A stretch of DNA of 64,000 bases from IMG/VR virus record IMGVR_UViG_3300011871_000032; one strand, 5' to 3'. Below, piece after piece: positions 39,951-49,978 of this stretch (position 1 is its first letter; each line of letters begins with the position of its first letter). The notes under the pieces were generated by a model. It was not told the origin of the DNA. It saw only the letters and a program-made list of their open reading frames with translations, and ran no database searches. This DNA is from an uncultured virus (IMG/VR IMGVR_UViG_3300011871_000032). Taxonomy: Duplodnaviria; Heunggongvirae; Uroviricota; Caudoviricetes. Both the position numbers and the translations under genes were made by a program.

Positions 39951-40094
39951 TTATTTCTGTTCTACAGTTTTTACTTTAGAACCGGGACGAATGACTTTTT
40001 CAATAATCTGACGAGCTTGTGTCTTATTTTCAGCAAGAACAATCAATGAATCTTCAACATCATTAAGAACAAAAACAGTAATATACTCTTTCAT
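39951..40094 (-). CDS. 47-aa small protein (MKEYITVFVL...)
   Basis: Manual translation; GAGGA RBS. Confidence 0.6.
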   Translation of the reverse strand: MKEYITVFVLNDVEDSLIVLAENKTQARQIIEKVIRPGSKVKTVEQK

Positions 40095-40204
40095 TTTTAA
40101 TCCTCACTAATAGAAGCGTTAAGTATATCAATATTTAAAGACAATATCAAGTTGTTTATGCAGCAACCGCCTCTCTCAGCATAGTTTGAACACGAGCCAA
40201 AAAC

Positions 40205-40585
40205 TCACGATGCGTTTCTTTTTGAATTTCTGTTCCTTCGCTCCTCATTTCTTCCAAGATCACGAGCATGGAAGAAATGAGGAGCGAAGGTCATCTTCTC
40301 ATCAAGATCAAAGCCTTTAGCCTGCAGTTCTTTTTGAAGAGAAGAATGTAGTTGACTAATGAACTCATCAAGAGTTACATCTTGTTTTTGATGCTGTTCA
40401 ATGAAATCATGGAAGTTAAAAGAACGAGAAGATACAGGCTTAGCCGTTTCTTCTCGATAATCACGCCAGCCTTTATCAGACATCTTTTCCAGAGCTTTTT
40501 CAATTTCAAGCTCACTATAGAATGCTTTAGCACCAAAACGTTTAGCCAAAACATCACGTAATTCATTGATATTTAAAATTTTCAT
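40205..40585 (-). CDS. Hypothetical protein, probably frameshifted near its 3' end
   Basis: Alternative frame continues to TAA at 40156. Confidence 0.6.
   Translation of the reverse strand: MKILNINELRDVLAKRFGAKAFYSELEIEKALEKMSDKGWRDYREETAKPVSSRSFNFHDFIEQHQKQDVTLDEFISQLHSSLQKELQAKGFDLDEKMTFAPHFFHARDLGRNEERRNRNSKRNAS
40235..40290. repeat. Perfect 22-bp inverted repeat with 12-nt spacer
   Basis: CCTTCGCTCCTCATTTCTTCCA-N12-TGGAAGAAATGAGGAGCGAAGG. Confidence 0.9.
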
Positions 40586-40730
40586 AACTTTCTCTCTCTC
40601 GTTTAAGATAAAGGCAATATAACACATTTAAGATATCCTTATCAATATATTTATTATAAATATATTGTTGTATTCGATTTATGATAATGTTATAATAAAA
40701 CATCTTGAAATTTTTACTTAGGGGTATACT

Positions 40731-41327
40731 ATGATTTCTAAAAATAATTTATTTTTTTTCGAAGATAATGATTCATTTTCATCAATTCATAAACTTTTTC
40801 AAAAATTAGCGGAGAGTGAAAGAAATATCAAATTAAGATTAAAACAAAATGAAAACTCTTCTATGACGCAAATCATAAAATTATTGAATAATTATAATTA
40901 TGAATTATTAAATGTAGAAGAAAAACAAAGTATACTTAATTTATTAAAAAAAGAAGAAAATCATTTATTAGTAAAAGAAAATAATATATATGAACAAAGG
41001 TTTTATCTTTTTTTTGCTTTGCTTGATTTTATAGAAAGAAAAAATATTGAACATTCTTTTAATTATCATTTATGTGAATTTAATTATATTGCTTCATTTC
41101 ATGGTGAATTTTCAAATGAATTAAATAGTATCGAAAAAGTTTGTGATTGTGCTGTTTTAAATTTTTATATTGAAATTAATAAAAACAAACCTATTATTAA
41201 CTTCAATGATGGATGGAAAAAAATTGCTCAAAAGATTGGGAGAAATTTTATTTGTGATATGGAATTAAAAGAATACTCATCCTTTATTAAAAAATATGAA
41301 AAATTCAGAAACAGCATTTTAGGGTAA
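40731..41327 (+). CDS. Hypothetical protein
   Basis: 198 aa, RBS, bidirectional terminator after. Confidence 0.7.
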   Translation: MISKNNLFFFEDNDSFSSIHKLFQKLAESERNIKLRLKQNENSSMTQIIKLLNNYNYELLNVEEKQSILNLLKKEENHLLVKENNIYEQRFYLFFALLDFIERKNIEHSFNYHLCEFNYIASFHGEFSNELNSIEKVCDCAVLNFYIEINKNKPIINFNDGWKKIAQKIGRNFICDMELKEYSSFIKKYEKFRNSILG

Positions 41328-41365
41328 AAACAATATAAGACCTACAGCCTTGTAGGTCTTTTTAT

Positions 41366-41698
41366 TTAAATACCAAAAGATGAGCCACAACCACAGGTTG
41401 TTTTAGCATTAGGATTTTTAATAACAAATCTTGAACCTTCTAAACCTTCTTGAAAATCTAAAACACTCCCAATCAAATATTGCATACTCATTGGATCTAC
41501 GATTATTGAAACACTTTCTTTTTCTATTATTAAATCATCGTCTGATTTATTACTATCAAACGTAAATCCGTATTGAAAGCCACTACAGCCTCCTCCAGTG
41601 ATATATATTCTTAGCTTAGTGTTTTTATCTTCCTCATCTTTTAAGAGCGTAGAGAGCCTTTTAATCGCTGATTCTGTTATATCTATATAGTTATCCAT
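41366..41698 (-). CDS. erpA: Iron-sulfur cluster insertion protein ErpA (HesB/IscA family)
   Basis: [40 protein letters not shown]. Confidence 0.92.
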   Translation of the reverse strand: MDNYIDITESAIKRLSTLLKDEEDKNTKLRIYITGGGCSGFQYGFTFDSNKSDDDLIIEKESVSIIVDPMSMQYLIGSVLDFQEGLEGSRFVIKNPNAKTTCGCGSSFGI

Positions 41699-41707
41699 AA
41701 TACATCC

Positions 41708-42121
41708 TTAATTCGTGAAACACGTACAACTCATTTTTTCACAATAAGTTAAAATATCAAGCCATGTTATTTCTTTTGAATACAATATATCTTCTGAAAC
41801 AACACCATTAAAAATATATTCTTCGATATAGTCTTTTATTTCTTTTTTAATATCTTGTGATGTATTTTTATATATTGTTAATACACCATTTTTAAAATCG
41901 TATAAATATTCTCTTTTTGTTAAGAAATTAAAAAATATATCAGAGTTATTAATAATAGCTTGAGGATGAACAATAACACATTGTAGATTATCATTAAAGA
42001 AATTAGCCCCATTTTCTGATAATATAGATCTTACTTTAACTATTAAATCTAATCTATTATTTGAAGTATCTTCTTTCTTAATGATATTTTCAATACTTTT
42101 AAAATCGCAATCTATCTGCAT
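41708..42121 (-). CDS. Hypothetical protein
   Basis: 137 aa ORF. Confidence 0.65.
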   Translation of the reverse strand: MQIDCDFKSIENIIKKEDTSNNRLDLIVKVRSILSENGANFFNDNLQCVIVHPQAIINNSDIFFNFLTKREYLYDFKNGVLTIYKNTSQDIKKEIKDYIEEYIFNGVVSEDILYSKEITWLDILTYCEKMSCTCFTN

Positions 42122-42240
42122 ATAATATTCCTATTTAAGTTTTTTCAATAAAATACCATATTTTATCAAGCCTTACCAATTTTATTAACCAATAAAAAAG
42201 CAGCCCGAAGGCTGCTCTATATTATAAAATAATGCTGGTA

Positions 42241-42933
42241 TTATTTTTTATTCTTCTTTTTCATCATATCAATATAACTATTAACTTCTTTCCAGCCTTT
42301 AAAACCTTTTTCCTTAAGCTCTAAAAGCTCCTCAATGGTGTTATCTTCATCTTCTCCATACCATTCTTGTAAAGTCTTTTCTTTCTCAGTTGAAATCACA
42401 GTTGGAACAATACCTGCTTTTTCAATCTCCTGAAACATCGCTTTTGAATGCGATACAACAACAAGACCAACAATATTTTCAAACTCTTTGAGTTCTTCGA
42501 AGACAGATGCAATGTATTTGCCCATTGCTTTTTCAAAACCCAAAGATAAACCGATTGTTGGCTCATCAAGGATTAACAGCATTTTCTGATTGTTTTCTAC
42601 CGCATGAAGTTTAATGTTTTTAAAACCGCCAATAACAGAATCTAGCGTGGTAGCACCTGTAGACTGCTCTGCTTCATTACCATAAACAAAACAGGCTTCC
42701 ATACCACCACCAGCTCGTTTAGCCATACCGATGTGATAACCATTAATTTTATGCCATGCTTTACCAATAACAGACAGAGTAGAAGTAACAAAACTTTTAC
42801 CAGTGGCGTTATCACCTATAACAGCAACAAACTTAGGATCTGCTTCTACTGATACAAAAGATTTTAATGGAAAAGCATCATCAAACAGAATAGAGCTTTC
42901 TTGAGCAACCTTAACTAAATCCAGAGCGTTCAT
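42241..42933 (-). CDS. ABC-type P-loop ATPase
   Basis: GDNATGKS, QSTG, LILDEP..GL, VSH. Confidence 0.85.
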   Translation of the reverse strand: MNALDLVKVAQESSILFDDAFPLKSFVSVEADPKFVAVIGDNATGKSFVTSTLSVIGKAWHKINGYHIGMAKRAGGGMEACFVYGNEAEQSTGATTLDSVIGGFKNIKLHAVENNQKMLLILDEPTIGLSLGFEKAMGKYIASVFEELKEFENIVGLVVVSHSKAMFQEIEKAGIVPTVISTEKEKTLQEWYGEDEDNTIEELLELKEKGFKGWKEVNSYIDMMKKKNKK

Positions 42934-43018
42934 TATCTTTCCTCATTATTTATAATGACAATATTATAAAATTTATCGATATGACATGCAACAAAAAACC
43001 GCTTTTCAGCGGTTTATA

Positions 43019-43330
43019 TTAAAATGGTCCACCTGACATACCAGACATGCTTGGCATACCTGTCGCTGTTACTGGTGTGTCATCATCAAACAGTGAACTT
43101 TCCTTTTTTTCTACTACCTTGCCATCAATATCATCTCTTGTGCGACAATCAACAAATATTACACCGCTTTCTTTATGCCCCTGTTTTACAAAAGTATACC
43201 ACGGAATCATTTTCTGCGATTCGCATTTCTTCACTTTTTCCTGAACTTCAGCTTCTGTCAAAATTTTATTACATCCAGACAACATCAATGAAGCAAAAAC
43301 AATCATCAAAATCGTAGTAATGCTTTTCAT
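43019..43330 (-). CDS. Lipoprotein
   Basis: Lipobox LSGC. Confidence 0.75.
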   Translation of the reverse strand: MKSITTILMIVFASLMLSGCNKILTEAEVQEKVKKCESQKMIPWYTFVKQGHKESGVIFVDCRTRDDIDGKVVEKKESSLFDDDTPVTATGMPSMSGMSGGPF

Positions 43331-43364
43331 ATCATCACCTCATTTATTTAATGGCAATATCATA

Positions 43365-44081
43365 TCACTTTTCATTATTTTGCACAACAAAATTCTCTTT
43401 TATTTTATGTGTTGATTTAAAATATTCATAGTTTTCGATGCTTGATGTAATATTTAAAAGTTTTATTAAATACATTTTATTAAGATTCATCATATTCTTT
43501 CTGTCTTTCTCATCAAATAATTTACTTACTCTTACTATTTTACAAAGTTCATTAGATACATATTTCTCATTTAGATCTTTATCAAAATAATATTTTATTA
43601 TATCTTTAAAATCCATTTTTTTCTTTTTAGCGCTTCTATTTATGAAAAACATTATTATTTTATCTTCTATTTTTTTTAACCTATTTTTAGAAGAAAATAA
43701 TAATAAGTATAACCAATCACAAATTAAAAATAACAAAATTAAAACACCAATAATCGTTACTTCGATAGTATTTAATGGAATACATGGTGCTATTTGAACA
43801 TATATAGTAAAAATGCCAATAACAACAAATAAAGATATATAATATAAAATCTCTTTTATATTATTAAGATCTCCGACAGTTAAAGTACTCAATGGTGGTT
43901 TTTCTTCATCATTTTTCCAGTCATGCTCTTTTTTTGATACATCTTTTCTATAATATTGTTTCCGAATGAAATTTTCTTCCTTATATATAATACTTTCTTT
44001 GGAACTTACTTCCTCATAATAAGTATTATATTCTTTTTGGGCCATTTTATTAATACTATTTAATTCATTTTTAATATCCAT
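43365..44081 (-). CDS. Two-TM membrane protein
   Basis: Two hydrophobic helices. Confidence 0.7.
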   Translation of the reverse strand: MDIKNELNSINKMAQKEYNTYYEEVSSKESIIYKEENFIRKQYYRKDVSKKEHDWKNDEEKPPLSTLTVGDLNNIKEILYYISLFVVIGIFTIYVQIAPCIPLNTIEVTIIGVLILLFLICDWLYLLLFSSKNRLKKIEDKIIMFFINRSAKKKKMDFKDIIKYYFDKDLNEKYVSNELCKIVRVSKLFDEKDRKNMMNLNKMYLIKLLNITSSIENYEYFKSTHKIKENFVVQNNEK

Positions 44082-44082
44082 T

Positions 44083-44820
44083 TTAACTCCAATAAGTTAC
44101 AATCGCAGGTTCAAGTAATTTTATAAAATCAACATAACTAACATCTTCCTTGAACAGATTTAACTCCTTTATTATTAAATATGTTATTGGATTCATATAA
44201 GGATGAAAATATTTTTTGTTACCTTCTTTTGGATAAGTCCATTCTCTGTTATCTATATTTTTTCTTTCTTCACCTTTCACACTTAATAAATATAAATCAT
44301 TTATTGTTACTGTACTTCCTATTTCAATCGGCTTCCCATTTCTTTTAGGATAAGTAAGATTAAGTTCCTCTAAAGAATCCTCCGTTAGATCTGGTTTTTC
44401 AATACAAATATAAAATGAATCTGGATAGATAGGAGTTCTTAAATATTTTACAACAGTTTCTGGATTATCTACATGCTCATAATAATCAATCAAATCATCA
44501 TAACGTGATTTGCCAATAAGTTCTGGTGTAGAAAATAAAATACCATTATCCTCATAACCATTATTAATAACATTAATTAAAGAATATAGGCTTATACTCT
44601 TTTCATTTTTGAGATATCTTTTAAATTGGAGCTTAAATAAAAAGAAACTATCAGATTCGCTTTCATATAATTCTTTTACCTTTGACTCTATTTTTTTTAA
44701 GAAAGCATTATCTATATCCTCATTATCCTCCATAATATCGCTATAATTATCTACTAATAATTGAGATACCATTTCTTGAGGTAAATAAAATCCTATGTTT
44801 TTATGAATTCTTATTCCCAT
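44083..44820 (-). CDS. Hypothetical protein
   Basis: MGIRIHK..G, RYDDLIDYY, ..P...TYWS. Confidence 0.75.
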   Translation of the reverse strand: MGIRIHKNIGFYLPQEMVSQLLVDNYSDIMEDNEDIDNAFLKKIESKVKELYESESDSFFLFKLQFKRYLKNEKSISLYSLINVINNGYEDNGILFSTPELIGKSRYDDLIDYYEHVDNPETVVKYLRTPIYPDSFYICIEKPDLTEDSLEELNLTYPKRNGKPIEIGSTVTINDLYLLSVKGEERKNIDNREWTYPKEGNKKYFHPYMNPITYLIIKELNLFKEDVSYVDFIKLLEPAIVTYWS

Positions 44821-44895
44821 TATTGCACCTGTTTTATTTTTTATTAATTATATTATATTAAATATTATAAACAAAAAAAAGCTAACGGAGGAGCT

Positions 44896-45495
44896 TTAAA
44901 AATATTCCTTTTCCTTTTTGTTTAATGATGTATATGCATTAAAGCTCGATGTAGCATTATAAACATCTATAACTTTAACGATTCCATTACCTTTAATTTT
45001 TAAATATTTAATATCATCATCGTTAATAACATTATCTTCTTTTGCTTTTTTTAGCGTATCCTCATTAAGTGGCATTTGCATACCTTCTTCATAAAACAAT
45101 TTAGCAAAGAAAGCGTTAGTTCTTTTTTTAATTGATTTTTTTACGCTTCTTAAAATCATTTTATCAATCAAACCAAAGAAATCTTTATTTAGCATATATA
45201 TAAAGAGTGCAGAGACCGCAATAATATATGAAAATAACAATACATAACGATAGCTTTCAAAATATACCCCAAATACTTTCATATCCATAAACATTACTGT
45301 AGACATGAGCATCATGGATACAAGCAAAGGAAACATTTCAACAGCAAAACATACGTTCAATGTTTTGGGAGACATTCCTTCTTTAGCATGCAGTTCTTTT
45401 TGTTTTTTCATAATATTTTCTGGTGTTGCTTTATCAAGCGCAAAGATTGCTACTTGAGAACTTGCCATATTACGAATATTTTCAACATTATCCAT
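44896..45495 (-). CDS. Two-TM membrane protein
   Basis: Two hydrophobic helices. Confidence 0.7.
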   Translation of the reverse strand: MDNVENIRNMASSQVAIFALDKATPENIMKKQKELHAKEGMSPKTLNVCFAVEMFPLLVSMMLMSTVMFMDMKVFGVYFESYRYVLLFSYIIAVSALFIYMLNKDFFGLIDKMILRSVKKSIKKRTNAFFAKLFYEEGMQMPLNEDTLKKAKEDNVINDDDIKYLKIKGNGIVKVIDVYNATSSFNAYTSLNKKEKEYF

Positions 45496-45504
45496 TTTTT
45501 ATCC

Positions 45505-46071
45505 TTAGCTTGATTTTAAAATAATGATTGGAGCTTTAAAAAGAGGCTGCTCATCATTATAGAATGGTTTAGCTCTTACAGGCACTTCGTCTTTACCTTC
45601 ACCTAAAATACCATGAGCACCCTCACTCATATAGGCTACAGGCTTTTGCTCTTGAACTGCCTTAATATATTGAGCCATTAACTTAATTTCTTCTTCTGAT
45701 GGCTTGTATGTGCCGATTACCATCTCCTGAATACGTTCTGGAGTAATAGTAAAACCACTAAAAATCTCTTGAAGTGAATAATCTTCTTCGGCAATAATTT
45801 TGTATGATATTGTTTTATTTCTTTTTCCAACTTTAATAAAATGCTCAACTTCACTTTTAACAAAATTATCTGACGTGTATAAATCATCAATATTTAGTAC
45901 ATGTTTTTTTGATGATTTGAAATTATCTGTATTATTTGAAAAAATATTAGCAACTGTTTTTGCTTGCTTGAATGAAAATCCCGTTTCATTCATGAACTCT
46001 TTCATCCACAAGATCTCATCTCGTGTATTTTTATTTGATTCTATCGATTCCATTGTCAGAATAATCTTCAT
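45505..46071 (-). CDS. Hypothetical protein
   Basis: AAGGA RBS. Confidence 0.7.
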   Translation of the reverse strand: MKIILTMESIESNKNTRDEILWMKEFMNETGFSFKQAKTVANIFSNNTDNFKSSKKHVLNIDDLYTSDNFVKSEVEHFIKVGKRNKTISYKIIAEEDYSLQEIFSGFTITPERIQEMVIGTYKPSEEEIKLMAQYIKAVQEQKPVAYMSEGAHGILGEGKDEVPVRAKPFYNDEQPLFKAPIIILKSS

Positions 46072-46082
46072 TAAAATATTCC

Positions 46083-46589
46083 TTATTGCATTTCCAGTTC
46101 GCCAAGCATACCCAATAACTTTTTACGATGATCTTCACTTTGAGGAACACCAGCAAAGTTCAGGCTCAGGAAGTATTTAATTTTTTCAGCTTCATTGGCA
46201 TCATAAAGACGAATCATAGGCAAAGGTGCGCTTTCGAAAGCGTTTCGTTCAGCCATAGTCAGGTCTTTGTAATAAATGCTCACACCATTCAGATGAATAG
46301 GAATCTCATTCTCTACAAACATTTTAAGAGTAGTCAGGCGCTGTTTACCATCAACAATTTCGTAAATAAAAGCATCCTGTTCTTTAACAGTAGAGATAGC
46401 GCTAACAGGGAGGCCAGAAATCAGGTTGCGCAGGAAATGCTGCTGTTCAGAGAACCCCCAAACATAATCACGCTGGTAAGAAGGAGAAAGATTCAGACGA
46501 TTACGCTCAATAAAAGAAACCCATGTTTCTACAGAATAGTCTGATACATCAGTACGATATTTACGGTTTTCTTTAATGCGATTAATCAT
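46083..46589 (-). CDS. DUF262 (ParB-like) domain protein
   Basis: PSYQRDYVW, IVDGKQRLTT, F..LN..G. Confidence 0.85.
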   Translation of the reverse strand: MINRIKENRKYRTDVSDYSVETWVSFIERNRLNLSPSYQRDYVWGFSEQQHFLRNLISGLPVSAISTVKEQDAFIYEIVDGKQRLTTLKMFVENEIPIHLNGVSIYYKDLTMAERNAFESAPLPMIRLYDANEAEKIKYFLSLNFAGVPQSEDHRKKLLGMLGELEMQ

Positions 46590-46617
46590 GTTTTTTATCT
46601 CTTTTTAATAAATTATA

Positions 46618-46693
46618 TGGCGCGTCCTGCAGGATTCGAACCTGCGACCAATAGCTTAGAAGGCTACTGCTCTATCCACTGAGCTAAGAACGC
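46618..46693 (-). tRNA. tRNA-Arg(UCU), isolated fourth copy
   Basis: Cloverleaf, loop CT-TCT-AA, CCA. Confidence 0.92.
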
Positions 46694-46695
46694 AT

Positions 46696-46740
46696 CGTTT
46701 CAATGACAACATTATATTACAGTAAATTTTGACATGCAAG
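46696..46740 (-). promoter_or_regulatory. Promoter of tRNA-Arg/DUF262 unit
   Basis: TTGCAT-17-TATAAT-GTTGTCAT. Confidence 0.65.
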
Positions 46741-46855
46741 CTTTTTTTGCATCATTTTAAATACTATTAGATATGATAGGGGCTACTTATTTTTTTTGAT
46801 TAATATAAAAACTAAATGTTATATTAGTGATTATATACAAAAGAGGTATTAATTC

Positions 46856-47416
46856 ATGTCAAACAATAATAACAAAAGTATTCTTCACAGAATTCTTTTC
46901 TTTGGTTTTTTTATTTTTTTATTCGTAGGTTATAAATTTATTATATATTTTACTCCGGGAGAACAATTAACCGAAGTATTTAAAATACAAAATGTTTTTG
47001 AAAGATTAAAAGTTTCAAAACAAATAGATAATCAAAAGGATATTGATTATACTTTGGTAAACTCTATATTTCCAAGTAAAGGTTATTTTGTTTCTATTAA
47101 ACCTGATTCAATTGCTAAACCGCAGCCTAATGGTTATAGCAACTTCTATTATGTGGATAATACAAAAACAAAAACGCTTTATATTCATTCTAATGGATAT
47201 AATAAAGACTTATGTAATGATTTAATTGATTGGGCTAATATGTCAGATTTAAGAAAAAGTTCTTTTGGGAAAGCTTTAAGATCACACATGGATAATTATT
47301 TTAACACTTATAATGATATGGTTGAAAATAATCTTACGATGAATGGAAAGAGTCTTAAAGATTCCTCTTTGGAATGTCAAGATAAAAATGATTTGGTTTA
47401 TACCGGAACATATTAA
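46856..47416 (+). CDS. Pilin-like membrane protein lacking prepilin cleavage motif
   Basis: N-terminal TM; NGYNKDLC...MNG...ECQDKNDLVY. Confidence 0.5.
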   Translation: MSNNNNKSILHRILFFGFFIFLFVGYKFIIYFTPGEQLTEVFKIQNVFERLKVSKQIDNQKDIDYTLVNSIFPSKGYFVSIKPDSIAKPQPNGYSNFYYVDNTKTKTLYIHSNGYNKDLCNDLIDWANMSDLRKSSFGKALRSHMDNYFNTYNDMVENNLTMNGKSLKDSSLECQDKNDLVYTGTY

Positions 47417-47435
47417 AAAAGGGCTTGCGCCCTTT

Positions 47436-47852
47436 TTATTTATTTTTAAATAACTGAACTACATTATTTCTCTCTACTTGCCGTTCCCTGTTATATTTTA
47501 AAATTTGTGCTGTATAAAAGATTTTATCATCTATTTCCATAACACCATAAGTATGAGATTCCCCATCTATATTAAAAATGTAATGCCCAAATCCATTTTG
47601 TTCATACTCATCATTCGCCAGAGCTTGTGCGATTTTATATTTAAAAACAGCACGTTGTTTATCTCTTATTTCAAAATAAAAATCCGACTTCTCGAAGAAC
47701 TCTTTAATCTTCTTTTTAAAAAAGAATGAAAAATAACGATAAAAGAAAAAATATGAATAAACATTTTCATCGAAATACTTTCTTGATATTTCATATTTTT
47801 CTTTTTGTTCGGTTGTTAAAATAACGGGTTCAGGTTGCTTTAACAATTCCAT
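47436..47852 (-). CDS. Hypothetical protein
   Basis: 138 aa ORF. Confidence 0.65.
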   Translation of the reverse strand: MELLKQPEPVILTTEQKEKYEISRKYFDENVYSYFFFYRYFSFFFKKKIKEFFEKSDFYFEIRDKQRAVFKYKIAQALANDEYEQNGFGHYIFNIDGESHTYGVMEIDDKIFYTAQILKYNRERQVERNNVVQLFKNK

Positions 47853-47855
47853 ATT

Positions 47856-48143
47856 TTATTTTCCATTATCGCTTTTGATAGCCAAAACCCACTGATTTGC
47901 TTTTCGGGTATGATCTAACATCTTATCAAGATTATCTTTAGCAATGTTATCTTCACGCTTTTTATCATGCTGTTCTTTAAGCATTGTCTCAAGCATTTCT
48001 AAAAGACTATTCCTTTTTTCTTCTGTTAGTTCTCCATCACCTTTCAATGAGTTAACTAAAACGTTTAGACCTCTTACGGTATTTTCGTAACAATTATTAC
48101 TACAAATATTTTGTTTTACTTGATAGCCTGATCTTGTAGTCAA
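47856..48143 (-). CDS. Hypothetical protein
   Basis: 95 aa ORF, TTG start. Confidence 0.55.
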   Translation of the reverse strand: MTTRSGYQVKQNICSNNCYENTVRGLNVLVNSLKGDGELTEEKRNSLLEMLETMLKEQHDKKREDNIAKDNLDKMLDHTRKANQWVLAIKSDNGK

Positions 48144-48165
48144 TTCAAGCTGCTCAGTAATTTTA

Positions 48166-48801
48166 TTATTCCTCGTCTTTATAACCGTATTTAGAAATGA
48201 TAGCTTCTTTTGTATCTAGAATTACTTGTTTCAGATCGTGAGACCATTCTGCAAATACTTCATTATGATAACGCTCTAAAGTCATTACTTTATATTGACC
48301 ATTATCCTCAAGCAAATACACATTTGAGAACATTACGTCTGTATCTACATCCAATGAGCCATAATTTAATCTGATTAAATGATATTCATTTATTTCCTTT
48401 TCCCTAAAACGCTCATGAATAGGTTTAATCAAATGAAACATATTTTCTAATGATTTAACAGATAGTTCAAGTTCTTCCTCAGAACGGGACAAATCAATTT
48501 CTAAACCATATTGTGATGAAGAAGGGAAATAGCCAGAAATATTCAGACCAAGATCTTTAAAATATTTTTCACGATATTTATACAGCACATCACTATCATA
48601 TAGTGTTTCCATCATAAACAGGATATCTTCATCACTATTCGTAAATGCTTCAATAAACGCATTACCAATAGCCTCACGGTTTACTTTTGAGGCAGCAATA
48701 AGAATTTCTTGCTCTTTATGTAAAGCAGCAAACTTATCCCCAATTTTTTGTTTTTCTATCAACAAATCTTTGATTTTTTCGTTTTGCATTTTATTTTCCA
48801 T
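48166..48801 (-). CDS. Hypothetical protein
   Basis: 211 aa ORF. Confidence 0.7.
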   Translation of the reverse strand: MENKMQNEKIKDLLIEKQKIGDKFAALHKEQEILIAASKVNREAIGNAFIEAFTNSDEDILFMMETLYDSDVLYKYREKYFKDLGLNISGYFPSSSQYGLEIDLSRSEEELELSVKSLENMFHLIKPIHERFREKEINEYHLIRLNYGSLDVDTDVMFSNVYLLEDNGQYKVMTLERYHNEVFAEWSHDLKQVILDTKEAIISKYGYKDEE

Positions 48802-48880
48802 TTATTATTTTATGACAATAGTATAATACTTTTACCTATTCTATTCAAGAAAAAAGGCTATGTCCCCATAGCCTTTTGGA

Positions 48881-49120
48881 TTATTTTTTTGTTTCCAGAG
48901 AAACAAGCTCATCAAACTTTTCAAATGTTAACTTAATGGCTTCTGCTTTAAGTCGGGCATAATTAAAATCTGAACCTAATGTTGAAGAGTGTCCAACCGC
49001 CCATTTACCACCAATATGATTATGGATTCTCAAAATATCATCATCACCAACAAAACCGGTGATACTCATTTTTTCTTTATCTCTAACTACTTCTACATAA
49101 ACTTTTTTATCTTCTGACAT
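48881..49120 (-). CDS. Hypothetical protein
   Basis: AAGGA RBS. Confidence 0.65.
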   Translation of the reverse strand: MSEDKKVYVEVVRDKEKMSITGFVGDDDILRIHNHIGGKWAVGHSSTLGSDFNYARLKAEAIKLTFEKFDELVSLETKK

Positions 49121-49130
49121 TTTAATTTCC

Positions 49131-49910
49131 TTAAAAATCATTTACCTTCATAAAAAGTATATCAAGCTGTTGACGAGCAATCTTAATATAACCCGGTTGC
49201 AACTCAATAAAGTTAGCATCAACACAAGATAAGGCAAAGAGAGAATGCGTTGCTACAATGATCTGCATGTTCTTTTCTTTTGCGGCTTTGCTTAACATCG
49301 CAAAAATGTTATTTTGGACATGAATAGCTAAACCAGATTCAGGTTCATCCAATAAGATAGATTGCTGCCCTTTCTCGATTTGAGGAACAAGGAGTTTTTT
49401 ACGATCTTCTTTGAGCTGATCTTCTGGAACCCGATATTCGATTTTACTTTCAAAAGGGGCGTTCCCACCGATAACACCTAAAACCCTACCCAAACGAGCA
49501 ATAGTTGTTTTTCCTGTAGATTCATTAAGTTTAAGATCGTAAAGACCTTCATCAAAAAATTCATCATCAAAAGCCGCTTGACCACCAATCAATCCAACCG
49601 CTTGACGAGGATTACAATACATTACCGCCTGACCATCATGAGCAACATTAATACCATCCATACATTCAGTATCAAAACGACCATTCCAGTCTCGTGTAAC
49701 TACAGAATAACCGCCTTGCTTACTGGCAGTGGCTGTAGCCATCATAGATAAAATAGTTGATTTTCCGGTACCATTAGGAGCAAAGATGATATTAAGACCC
49801 GGCTTAAACTCCACTTCACTGTTTTCTTTGAAAAAAGGAAGTTTTGTAGCGTAGCCATAATCTTTGTTTTTACTTTTTGCTAAGTCTTTAAAGGACACTT
49901 TACTAAACAT
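49131..49910 (-). CDS. ABC-type P-loop ATPase
   Basis: FKPGLNIIFAPNGTGKST, ESTG, LLDEPESGL, VATHS. Confidence 0.87.
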   Translation of the reverse strand: MFSKVSFKDLAKSKNKDYGYATKLPFFKENSEVEFKPGLNIIFAPNGTGKSTILSMMATATASKQGGYSVVTRDWNGRFDTECMDGINVAHDGQAVMYCNPRQAVGLIGGQAAFDDEFFDEGLYDLKLNESTGKTTIARLGRVLGVIGGNAPFESKIEYRVPEDQLKEDRKKLLVPQIEKGQQSILLDEPESGLAIHVQNNIFAMLSKAAKEKNMQIIVATHSLFALSCVDANFIELQPGYIKIARQQLDILFMKVNDF

Positions 49911-49978
49911 TTTTTAGCTCTCTATAGTCATTTTATAATCAACATTATATCGCTGTCTTAGATGCTTTTCAATGATTT

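Noticed and set aside
46083..46589. Complete GmrSD-type restriction system
   Set aside because: Only the DUF262 domain is present; no HNH/DUF1524 partner is adjacent.
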